Of a stretch of 39,805 nt of DNA, positions 17,964-25,887 are shown piece by piece. The position numbers and the translations under genes were made by a program. Every line of letters starts with the position of its first letter. Position 1 is the stretch's first letter. The notes under the pieces are model-generated. The model was not told where the DNA came from and did no database searches. It saw nothing but the letters and a program-made list of their open reading frames with translations. The stretch comes from Fibrobacter sp. (GTDB taxonomy: Bacteria; Fibrobacterota; Fibrobacteria; Fibrobacterales; Fibrobacteraceae): assembly GCA_012841225.1 (NCBI GenBank), contig DUVD01000059.1, positions 1 to 39,805 on the forward strand, in the 5' to 3' direction.

Positions 17964-19838
17964 TTACACCTTCTCCTTTAATATTAATTTGCATGTTTGG
18001 CCTTTAGAAACTAATGATAAAGGCTCAGGAAACTGTTCAGTCACACGTCCTTTACCAGAATACTCTATAGGAATACGAACACTACTCATTGCTTCTAAAG
18101 CATCTTTTAATGGAAGGCCTCTTAAATCCGGCATTTTAGAATAGCCGAGTTCCCCTGCTTTCAAAATTAAACGTTCTTCTTTTTGATCGCTTATTTTTTG
18201 AGACATTACCACGGAACCGTCTCCCTCAAATCCTACTGGGCACCGTTTTTTTTCTGCAAGCTTTTGAGCATTGGCAACAGACATGCCTACAAAATCGATA
18301 TCGCAATTTTTGTTATTGGGCACTTGAACCAAGTTATAGGGGGTTGGAGAAAGACGCGGGTGAAAATAAATACGTTCCATGATATTTTTAAAAACAGGGC
18401 CCGCTGTTAAGCCACCAACCGTTTTTGTTTTTGGGTCATCTAAAAGAACCATGCAGACGTAGCGGACGTCTCTAGCTGGAGAAAATCCAATAAAAGAAGC
18501 TATTTGAGAGTTGTGATCATAGCGTTTTAACTCCTGACTATACTTTTCGGCGGTGCCTGTTTTACCGCCAAAATCGACGTTGGAAATTTTGGAAGACATC
18601 ACGCTTTTAGCCGTTCCATTTACGACTACTTGATAAAGCATTTCGCGTATGTGCGCCGCAGTTTTCTCGGAAACGACTCGGCGGATTTCGATTGGTTCGT
18701 TTTTTTCTAAAACCTTATTCTTTTCGCCTCTCCATTCTCTAATAATCATGGGTTGCATTAGCTTACCGCCGTTTGCAATAGCAGAAAAAGCCATGACCAT
18801 TTGAATAGGAGTTACTGTTAATTCATGACCAAAACCCATTGTCTTTAGAGTACGGCCACTCCAATTATGAGGTTCTTTTAAAAATCCAGATTCCTCTCCA
18901 ATTAAATCTTCAGAAGTCTTAGTTCCAAAACCAAAGTCGCGTACAAAACGGTAAAAGTTTTCAGATCCAATTGAATCGGCGATTTTTGCATAAATAATAT
19001 TAGAAGAATAAGTCATCGCCTCTGTCAAATCCATATCGCCATGATCTTTTGTGTCTCGAATAACGTCTCCATTCGATAAAACCCAACGTCCGTTTTCACC
19101 ACTTATTTTTCTTTTAGGGTCTACTGCATTTTCTTCTAAAGCCGCCGCCGCTGTAATCACTTTAAATGTGGACCCCGGTTCAAAAGACAGAGAGACTAGG
19201 TCATTTCTAAAAGCGCGTGAAGCAGATGTTTGCAACTTTTGATTAGGGTCAAAAGTCGGGTAACTCGCCATAGCGAGGATTTCTCCGGTAAATGGATTCA
19301 CTACAATAGCGCTAGCACTTGTGGCTTTATAGGTTTCAACGCCATCTTTTAACGACTTCTCGACAATTTCTTGCATATCACGGTCAATAGTCAAGACCAT
19401 GTTTTTTCCGGGAATCGCTTCTTCATAGTCTTTTTCTAAACCATGAATTACTTTTTGACGAGCGGTTTGAACGCTTAAAAGGTACCCACCATTACCACGA
19501 AGTTTTTCGTCGAATTCGCGCTCAAGTCCCATAGCGCCTCGTCCATTGTAACCTACTTTACCAATAAGCTGAGAGGCAATTTTACCTTGCAAAAAAATAC
19601 GACTATATTCTAAGTACTTGTTTTCTTTATCTTTGATGTTATCGGCAAAAACAACTCCTTCTCGGTCTAGAATCTGGCCTCTTTCTGCATACAAATTCAT
19701 TTGGCGAATGGCATATTCTTGCGCGTGCTCTTTATAAGTCTCTTGATTTAAAACTTGTATTTGAAAGGTGCGAGACACTAACACAAGCCAAAAGCAAGCA
19801 AAGAGTAAAGTCAACCAACCTAAACGATCTAAAAACAT
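17964..19838 (-). CDS. ftsI: Class B penicillin-binding protein FtsI (PBP3) with a C-terminal PASTA-like extension
   Basis: STFK (aa 223-226), SSN (278-280) and KTGT (426-429) transpeptidase motifs, with an N-terminal TM anchor. About 120 extra C-terminal residues are discussed under findings. Confidence 0.9.
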   Translation of the reverse strand: MFLDRLGWLTLLFACFWLVLVSRTFQIQVLNQETYKEHAQEYAIRQMNLYAERGQILDREGVVFADNIKDKENKYLEYSRIFLQGKIASQLIGKVGYNGRGAMGLEREFDEKLRGNGGYLLSVQTARQKVIHGLEKDYEEAIPGKNMVLTIDRDMQEIVEKSLKDGVETYKATSASAIVVNPFTGEILAMASYPTFDPNQKLQTSASRAFRNDLVSLSFEPGSTFKVITAAAALEENAVDPKRKISGENGRWVLSNGDVIRDTKDHGDMDLTEAMTYSSNIIYAKIADSIGSENFYRFVRDFGFGTKTSEDLIGEESGFLKEPHNWSGRTLKTMGFGHELTVTPIQMVMAFSAIANGGKLMQPMIIREWRGEKNKVLEKNEPIEIRRVVSEKTAAHIREMLYQVVVNGTAKSVMSSKISNVDFGGKTGTAEKYSQELKRYDHNSQIASFIGFSPARDVRYVCMVLLDDPKTKTVGGLTAGPVFKNIMERIYFHPRLSPTPYNLVQVPNNKNCDIDFVGMSVANAQKLAEKKRCPVGFEGDGSVVMSQKISDQKEERLILKAGELGYSKMPDLRGLPLKDALEAMSSVRIPIEYSGKGRVTEQFPEPLSLVSKGQTCKLILKEKV

Positions 19839-20149
19839 TAGTTCCCCCCAACTGGCATCAATTTAATAGGAACAATGTTGTAATCTAAACCGCGAACAAC
19901 TGCAAAAGCAGAAAGCTGTTCTAAGGAAGAAAGCTTGTTGTTTAATAAACGTAGGTGAGAAATTTCTGTTTTTAACTCTATTATTTCATTAGAGAGTAAT
20001 ATTTCTTTTTCTGATAATTCGATGTAACGATTTTGAAACCAAATGGGAAGGACAAACAACATAAAAACAACGAACATAATCAAAACCACTAGTAAAATCA
20101 TTTTACCGTTTGACAGTTCTGTTAGTTTTGTTTTGAAGATGCTTGTCAT
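19838..20149 (-). CDS. ftsL: FtsL-like division protein (TM plus coiled coil)
   Basis: 103 aa with a single TM (ILLVVLIMFVVFMLFVLPIWF) followed by a heptad-like leucine-rich segment. It sits between rsmH and ftsI. There is an ATGA overlap with rsmH, and its TAA stop overlaps the ftsI ATG by 1 nt (TAATG). Confidence 0.6.
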   Translation of the reverse strand: MTSIFKTKLTELSNGKMILLVVLIMFVVFMLFVLPIWFQNRYIELSEKEILLSNEIIELKTEISHLRLLNNKLSSLEQLSAFAVVRGLDYNIVPIKLMPVGGN

Positions 20150-21084
20150 ATTTTTTTATACACCCTCAACTTTGCAGACCTTGCTCGCGGATTTTTGGCG
20201 ATTTCTGTTGCACTTGGTAGAATAGGCTTACGCACTTCTTTTTTTAATAAACGATGCTTACCGCCGCATTGACAAACCGGCAATTTTTCTGGGCAAATAC
20301 AATCTTTTTCAAAAGCACTCATTGTGTTTTTGACACAGCGATCTTCTACAGAATGATAAGAGATAACAACTAAGTACCCACCCGTCTTAAGGCAAGATAC
20401 AGCACCACGCAAGCTTTTTTCTATTTGTGAAAGTTCTTCGTTGACTTCCATACGAATTGCTTGATAGACCCTAGCGAGAATGCCATTGATGTCGCGACGT
20501 TTATCGGGAAAAACAGATTCCACCACACTCTTTATATCTCGGGGTAAAATATCTTCTGAGATCGTCGCTATTTTTTCTATAAGGCGAAATGCAAGTCTGT
20601 TAGAGCGCTCTAAATCGGCGTTTAGAGAAAAAACTTTAGAAAGGTCTTCCGCCGAAATTTGACGGAGCCATCCTTGGGCACTGGTGTCTTCACGCTGGTT
20701 CATCCGCAAGTCTAATGGCTGATCCCCAGTAAAAGTAAAACCCCTAGCAGAATCATCTACTTGATGGCTGCTAATGCCTAAATCATAAAGTATACCGTCT
20801 AGAAAACTCGCTTCTATTTCATTTTCCAATTCAGAAAAAGGTACTGGATGAAAAGTGATGAGAGCTTTGAATGCCGCCAACCTTTGCGATGCGTATTCAA
20901 TCGCCTCTGGGTCCCGGTCAAAGCAATGCAAACGCCCTTGAGGACCAAGACGCTCTGCAATAGCAAAAGAATGCCCACCGCCCCCTAAAGTGCAATCTGC
21001 ATAGACGCCCTCAGGGAAAATGGACAGGTATTTCAAGGATTCTTGAAGAAGGACGGGATCGTGGTAGCTTCTATTGTTTTTCAT
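20146..21084 (-). CDS. rsmH: 16S rRNA (cytosine1402-N4)-methyltransferase
   Basis: HDPVLLQES, DCTLGGGGHS and DLGISSHQVD motifs. I prefer the ATG at 21084 (MKNNRSYHDPVLL), which overlaps mraZ by 14 nt. The track start at 21171 would overlap mraZ by 101 nt. Confidence 0.9.
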   Translation of the reverse strand: MKNNRSYHDPVLLQESLKYLSIFPEGVYADCTLGGGGHSFAIAERLGPQGRLHCFDRDPEAIEYASQRLAAFKALITFHPVPFSELENEIEASFLDGILYDLGISSHQVDDSARGFTFTGDQPLDLRMNQREDTSAQGWLRQISAEDLSKVFSLNADLERSNRLAFRLIEKIATISEDILPRDIKSVVESVFPDKRRDINGILARVYQAIRMEVNEELSQIEKSLRGAVSCLKTGGYLVVISYHSVEDRCVKNTMSAFEKDCICPEKLPVCQCGGKHRLLKKEVRKPILPSATEIAKNPRARSAKLRVYKKI

Positions 21085-21553
21085 CGGGGTCCCCCATCCA
21101 AACGTCGCTAAAGAATCCAGCATCAAAAGTCTCATAGTCCTTAGCCTGGCTAAAGCCATACAAGGTTTCATAAGTGCTTGGATTCCATAATTTCAAAGAC
21201 TTTCCAACATGAGGAACAAACAATACTTCGCTCTCTAATTGAGCGTACTCCAAAAATTTTTTTGAAAGTAAAATACGGTTTTGTCCATCCAGCGCTGTAA
21301 AACTGGTGTGGCCTTGGATAGTGCTCCGAAGTGCTTCTGTTTGGCGTGTACGGGGACGCGCGTTTAATTCGGTCATAAACTTTTTGAATTCATTTAGCTC
21401 ATACAGAATAAGCGTTCGCTCAGGGCCGATAGAGACCACCAAACTTTCGCTTTCTTCTGGGCTCAACTGCCGACGAAATTCCCTAGGAAAGGAAGTCCTT
21501 CCCTTTTCGTCGATAGCCGTTTTGGCCTGGCCAATGAAGAAATCAAGATTCAT
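21071..21553 (-). CDS. mraZ: Transcriptional regulator MraZ
   Basis: Two SpoVT/AbrB-type DxxxR motifs (DEKGRTSFP and DGQNRILLS), 160 aa. It is the first gene of the dcw cluster. Confidence 0.9.
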   Translation of the reverse strand: MNLDFFIGQAKTAIDEKGRTSFPREFRRQLSPEESESLVVSIGPERTLILYELNEFKKFMTELNARPRTRQTEALRSTIQGHTSFTALDGQNRILLSKKFLEYAQLESEVLFVPHVGKSLKLWNPSTYETLYGFSQAKDYETFDAGFFSDVWMGDPDEKQ

Positions 21554-21562
21554 GAATTATAA

Positions 21563-21616
21563 CCCACTTGTTACCACAACATTACAAAATATACCACTTT
21601 TCCCCACTTTCAGCAA
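21563..21616 (-). promoter_or_regulatory. Candidate mraZ/dcw promoter (TTGCTG-N17-TATATT) interleaved with four GTGG(G) repeats
   Basis: On the minus strand, the -35 TTGCTG is at 21616-21611 and the -10 TATATT at 21593-21588, with a 17-nt spacer. GTGG cores (plus-strand CCAC) lie at 21564-67, 21574-77, 21594-97 and 21604-07, giving spacings of 10, 20 and 10 bp. Confidence 0.45.
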
Positions 21617-21785
21617 TAGAACCCTCCAAAAAGACTTGGTTTCATGCGATTATTCTTCTAAATCACTTTGAAATACTGCTCAAAAAAACACCCCTTTATG
21701 CTTTTATAGTACTTTTTAATTTTTATTAGAAACGATATTGAGAAGCCTTTGTAAATTTTGCTCTCAAAAGAAAAGAAGGAATTCT

Positions 21786-22895
21786 ATGAATGCAGAAAAA
21801 TTGGCTCAGCCACATTTATTAAAACAACCTATTTATGTTACTGGAAAGCCTATTGCCTATACAGCCCGTGAATTTGGATTAAATCCAAATGAAATCGACA
21901 AACTCGCTTCAAACGAAAACCCATTTGGACCAAGCCCTAAAGGATTAGCTGCTGCACAAGAGGCTTTAAAAGAAATCAACCTTTATCCCGATGGTGGTTG
22001 CTACGACTTGATTTCAAAAATCAGTGAGTTTCGAAATGTAAGACGAGAACAGATTGTTGTGGGAAACGGCTCTAATGAACTTTTAGATATGATTGCCCAA
22101 GTATTTTTAGGACCAGGTACCGAAGCGATTATGGGTAACCATGGTTTTGCTGTTTATAAACTAGCGACACTAGCAATGAACGCAACGCCTGTAGAAGTGG
22201 AAATGCCAGCTCCCGGTTTTAATTATAATCTAGATGCGATGAGAAACGCGGTAAATGAGAAGACTAGAATTATATTCTTAGCAAACCCAAACAACCCCAC
22301 AGGGACGGAACTAAAGGCTCAAGAAATTTTAGATTTTGCCGAGAGCCTACCCGAACACGTTATTTTGGTGATAGATGAAGCGTACACTGAATTCATTGAA
22401 GCCGATGCGCCTAATATGCTTCCTTTGATAGAAAAAGGGCGCCCCATCATCTGTTGCCGGACTTTCTCAAAAATATACGGACTTGCTGGTCTTCGAGTGG
22501 GTTATGCCATTTCGCGCCCAGACATCATTGGTTTAATTCACCGAGTACGCGAGCCATTTAATGTAAATAGTATTGCTCAAGTGGCAGCTAACGCAGCCAT
22601 AGAAGACCAGGGCTTTGTAGAAAAAGTGCGTGGAAACAACATTCAGGGATTAACACAATTAAAGAATGGATTTGAAGCGCTTGGTCTACCTTATATTCCG
22701 AGCCGTGCTAATTTTATTGTCGTCTTTGGTATTCAAGCGCCTTTAGAGGCCTTTGATTTTCTACAGCGCAAAGGAACAATCGTTCGCCCCCAACCACAAA
22801 TGGGACAAGCCCTCCGAGTCACTGTCGGCACTGCTGCGCAAAACGACCGTTTTTTAGCAAACCTGAAAGCATACCTCGAAACAAAGAAAGCCTAA
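21786..22895 (+). CDS. hisC: Histidinol-phosphate aminotransferase
   Basis: Class II aminotransferase pattern (NENPFGPSP, NPNNPTG, RTFSKIYGLAGLRVGY with the PLP lysine). The ATG at 21786 is preceded by AAGGAA. The track start at 21738 is a TTG extension. Confidence 0.9.
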   Translation: MNAEKLAQPHLLKQPIYVTGKPIAYTAREFGLNPNEIDKLASNENPFGPSPKGLAAAQEALKEINLYPDGGCYDLISKISEFRNVRREQIVVGNGSNELLDMIAQVFLGPGTEAIMGNHGFAVYKLATLAMNATPVEVEMPAPGFNYNLDAMRNAVNEKTRIIFLANPNNPTGTELKAQEILDFAESLPEHVILVIDEAYTEFIEADAPNMLPLIEKGRPIICCRTFSKIYGLAGLRVGYAISRPDIIGLIHRVREPFNVNSIAQVAANAAIEDQGFVEKVRGNNIQGLTQLKNGFEALGLPYIPSRANFIVVFGIQAPLEAFDFLQRKGTIVRPQPQMGQALRVTVGTAAQNDRFLANLKAYLETKKA

Positions 22896-22927
22896 GACAC
22901 CTCTTTTTTTATTCTATTCGATAAACA

Positions 22928-22965
22928 AAACCCCCAAAAGCATTGACTTTTGAGGGTTTCTTTGT
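22928..22965. terminator. Bidirectional intrinsic terminator between hisC and the convergent orphan gene
   Basis: AACCCCCAAAAG-CATTGA-CTTTTGAGGGTT gives a 12-bp stem with one mismatch. T-rich runs follow on both strands. Confidence 0.65.
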
Positions 22966-22987
22966 AAAAGCATTTTTTAATTAAAGG

Positions 22988-23476
22988 TTAGTTTTCTTCC
23001 GATTCGAAATCTTCTTCGGAGAATCCGTGGTCCTCAACTGATTTTTCAACTCTGCCTAAAAGGGCATCTACATTGATATCTACAAGTGCCGAATTCTTTT
23101 TGTTGAAACTGGCGACTATGTAGTAATCTGAGTTCCAGGCCACTTTGCGAGTTAGGTAACCAGTCTCTTTGTCTGTTTTAGTGTCTGGGCTTAAAAGGAC
23201 TTTATTGACATCGCTTTGTTTTTCGATCAAAGCAAAATCCCTTGAGTTTTTTGCTCTTTGTGAAGCATCACAGGCGATTTTCCACAGTAAGCTATTTTTA
23301 AGCACCACAGTGTTAATAGCATCTACCATATAACTAGCGTCAGAATAGTTTTTTTGAGTACTTTTTTCATATGCTTCTTTAGCTTGCGAAACATAACTAC
23401 CCTTTTGCATAAACACAGTAATTAGTAAAACCACGCTCATCACGATAGATAAAATTGTAAAAGTCTTAAAGTTCAT
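22988..23476 (-). CDS. Hypothetical membrane-anchored protein with an acidic C-terminus
   Basis: Strong SD (GGAGGA) before the ATG at 23476. There is an N-terminal TM or signal anchor FTILSIVMSVVLLITVF. No family recognised. Confidence 0.6.
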   Translation of the reverse strand: MNFKTFTILSIVMSVVLLITVFMQKGSYVSQAKEAYEKSTQKNYSDASYMVDAINTVVLKNSLLWKIACDASQRAKNSRDFALIEKQSDVNKVLLSPDTKTDKETGYLTRKVAWNSDYYIVASFNKKNSALVDINVDALLGRVEKSVEDHGFSEEDFESEEN

Positions 23477-23489
23477 CGTATCCTCCGGC

Positions 23490-24008
23490 TTATTTTGCGT
23501 TAAAATTAAATGAGGCTGGTTGGTTTATTTTAAACTTCTCAGACAGGTTGACTGCTGCCAAAGCCGAGTAGTCTACCGATTTAAGATTCGTCCCCGCAAA
23601 TTCAAAAACCACGGCACAACCATCGCCGCAAGAGACAGTGCGACTATTGCTTTTGCCGTCCACTTTTATTTTCAATTCTTTTAAACCCCATTTTTCGAGT
23701 TTGGCTTTATTTTTGGGGTTTGCCAAATAAGACGCTTCTAAAGCAGCTACTCTTTTATCAAAAGAGGCAAGGCAACGATCTTTGTTATTGAGCGATTCAA
23801 AAACCAACTCCCAGACCAAGTTCCACTCATCAATAAAAAGACCTTGAGCATAAAGAGTTTTATTGATTTCTGCAGTATAGGCGCTTGTTGATTCGCGGAC
23901 AACGGTTTGCGCTTGTTCTTTATAGCCTTCTTTGAGAGATAGCATAACGACGATTAACGCAATTATAATCACTATATTGGCGATAAAAACGATTTTCATT
24001 TTATCCAT
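23490..24008 (-). CDS. Hypothetical membrane-anchored protein, possibly a distant paralogue of the downstream gene
   Basis: TM IVFIANIVIIIALIVVMLSL, followed by a KEGYKEQAQ segment resembling QKGSYVSQAK in the neighbour. The start is uncertain: ATG at 24008 or 23999, while the track uses TTG at 24041. Confidence 0.5.
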   Translation of the reverse strand: MDKMKIVFIANIVIIIALIVVMLSLKEGYKEQAQTVVRESTSAYTAEINKTLYAQGLFIDEWNLVWELVFESLNNKDRCLASFDKRVAALEASYLANPKNKAKLEKWGLKELKIKVDGKSNSRTVSCGDGCAVVFEFAGTNLKSVDYSALAAVNLSEKFKINQPASFNFNAK

Positions 24009-24094
24009 TGCTATTATAATCCTGTTCAAAAAGTGAAACAATCTCTTTGCAATCTAAATCCTTATAAAGAAATAATCAAGTTTATTTAAGTAAA

Positions 24095-24586
24095 ATGTAT
24101 ATTTATACTCCTATGACAACTCAAGAAAAAGAACCATTGGCCCTATCTGCGATAGTCTTTGAAAACCTCAAAGAACTATTAAAAGCAAAAAACGCCGCTC
24201 ACGAATCGGTTTTGAAAATCCACTGGAAAAAAATGTGGCCTTTTAATATGATTTGGCCTCAAGTCGATTTTCTTAGAATTATTCGTATGATGGACGAAAT
24301 AGAAAAACACGCTCAAGAGCAAAAGGAATTTATCCTCAACTCTCAAAACCAAGCCACAGAAAAAGAAACACCCTTTTTAAAAGCGGTTCCTGATTATTTG
24401 GACGCTTTAATAGTCTCTTCGGAGGCATTAGCAGCTATTGCTCGCTTTAAACAAGACAAACTGGAGAAAAAAGAAAAAAGGTCTGTTTTTAAGTTCAATA
24501 AAATACTAAAATCTTATGAAGATGCACAAGATCAACTGGTTCGTAAAGGAGCTTTTGTTCAAGTGCATTGGATGGAACTAACATAA
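24095..24586 (+). CDS. Hypothetical protein, probably cytoplasmic and helical, immediately upstream of the SOD gene
   Basis: 163-aa ORF with no TM segment and no recognised motif. It ends 18 nt before the SOD start codon and is divergent from the two membrane-anchored orphans. Confidence 0.5.
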   Translation: MYIYTPMTTQEKEPLALSAIVFENLKELLKAKNAAHESVLKIHWKKMWPFNMIWPQVDFLRIIRMMDEIEKHAQEQKEFILNSQNQATEKETPFLKAVPDYLDALIVSSEALAAIARFKQDKLEKKEKRSVFKFNKILKSYEDAQDQLVRKGAFVQVHWMELT

Positions 24587-24604
24587 CACACAAGGAATCT
24601 ATTT

Positions 24605-25219
24605 ATGACATTTAAATTGCCAACTCTTCCGTTTGCTTATGACGCGCTCGAACCATGGTACGATGAAGCGACCGTAAAAATCCACCACACCAAACACCAC
24701 CAGGCCTATACCGACAATTTAAATAAAGCTATTGCCGACGGGAACATCGAAGTCTCTTCTATTGAAGACCTATTGCAAAATCTCGACAAAGTCGCAATGC
24801 CTCTAAGAACTAGAGTCATCAACCACGGTGGCGGCTTTTACAACCATAATTTTTTCTGGGAGAGCCTCGCTCCTGTTGAGAAATCAACACCTTCTGCTTT
24901 TTTAAAAGAATCAATCGAAAAAAAATGGGCCTCATTTGACGCTTTTAAAGAAGAATTTTCAGCTAAGGCTTTGGCCCACTTTGGTAGCGGCTGGGCTTGG
25001 CTCGTATTAAACAAAAACAAAGAGCTAGAAATCATCGACACCCATGACCAGGTTTGTCCTCTTTCTTTAGGTTATGAACCTCTTCTTACTCTTGACGTTT
25101 GGGAACATGCCTACTATTTGAAGTTTGAGAATCGTCGCGCAGAGTGGATTGCTGCTTTCTGGAACATCGTTAATTACGGTGCCATCGAAGACCGACTCAA
25201 AAAAGCCTTGACTAAGTAG
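24605..25219 (+). CDS. sodA: Fe/Mn-family superoxide dismutase with Mn-type signatures
   Basis: HHTKHHQAY and DVWEHAYYLKFENRR metal-ligand motifs. GGGFYNHNFFW and DTHDQVCPL resemble E. coli MnSOD (GGHANHSLFW, ANQDSPL) rather than FeSOD. SD AAGGAA is present. Confidence 0.85.
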   Translation: MTFKLPTLPFAYDALEPWYDEATVKIHHTKHHQAYTDNLNKAIADGNIEVSSIEDLLQNLDKVAMPLRTRVINHGGGFYNHNFFWESLAPVEKSTPSAFLKESIEKKWASFDAFKEEFSAKALAHFGSGWAWLVLNKNKELEIIDTHDQVCPLSLGYEPLLTLDVWEHAYYLKFENRRAEWIAAFWNIVNYGAIEDRLKKALTK

Positions 25220-25878
25220 TAGCGCCATAAAAAACGCTGCTTAAAAGGCTTTCTCAAAGGCCTAGTCGTTTGCGTCACATTATTTTTGTGAATGCGGTAG
25301 TCTATTAAGATCTCATGTAAGAACAAGATACTGTGACTTTTTTCAGCACACATCCCGATCCACTGATCGTGCATCGGGATTTTTTCTGGAAATGGGGTGG
25401 ACGACTCTAAAACGCTCCTCTTAAAAGCCATGCAACAACCGGTATAAGAGTTCCTCCACAAGTTTTTTAAGAATCCCCTGTGCACACCGCGAGTTTGAAA
25501 AAGCGTTTTTAAAGACCGCTTCCCTTTTTTTAATATAAATGCATCGTGTAAAACTAGGTCCACTTTTTCAAGTTCTTTAGAACAAGTCCTCACCTTTCCT
25601 GGAAGCCAAATATCATCTTGATCACTTATAAAAATAATTTCTCCAAGACTTTCAGATAAGGCGCGTTCTATATTATAAATAGGGCCTAAGCGTTTTTTAT
25701 TCATGAACACTCGAATGCGTTTGTCTTGAAAACTAGCAATAATACCTAATGAATTATCCGTAGAGGCATCGTCAGAGATAACTAGCTCATCCTTTGGGGT
25801 TAGTTGCATTAGTATGCTTTCGATTTGTTCTTTAAGAAACAACTCTCCATTATAAACCGCCATACAGACTGAAACCAT
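25174..25878 (-). CDS. Family 2 glycosyltransferase
   Basis: VSVCMAVYNGELFL, ISDDASTDNS and DQDDIW motifs. The ATG at 25878 is preceded by AAGAGGTG. The track start is a GTG two codons upstream. Confidence 0.8.
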   Translation of the reverse strand: MVSVCMAVYNGELFLKEQIESILMQLTPKDELVISDDASTDNSLGIIASFQDKRIRVFMNKKRLGPIYNIERALSESLGEIIFISDQDDIWLPGKVRTCSKELEKVDLVLHDAFILKKGKRSLKTLFQTRGVHRGFLKNLWRNSYTGCCMAFKRSVLESSTPFPEKIPMHDQWIGMCAEKSHSILFLHEILIDYRIHKNNVTQTTRPLRKPFKQRFLWRYYLVKAFLSRSSMAP

Positions 25879-25887
25879 AAACACCTC

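Noticed and set aside
21085-21171. N-terminal extension of the rsmH ORF in the track (29 extra codons).
   Set aside because: It would overlap mraZ by 101 nt, and the extra residues (MKPCMALARLRTMRLL...) are not RsmH-like. The internal ATG gives the canonical MKNNRSYHDPVLL start. The track starts of hisC, htpG, the UAP gene, murC, both GT2 genes and the aminotransferase are over-extended in the same way.
24042-24094. Fur/PerR-type box in the divergent promoter region upstream of the orphan-SOD operon.
   Set aside because: Only a 7-mer (ATAATCA) matches the Fur consensus, and the PerR-box comparison fails beyond the first half-site. This is expected by chance in AT-rich DNA.
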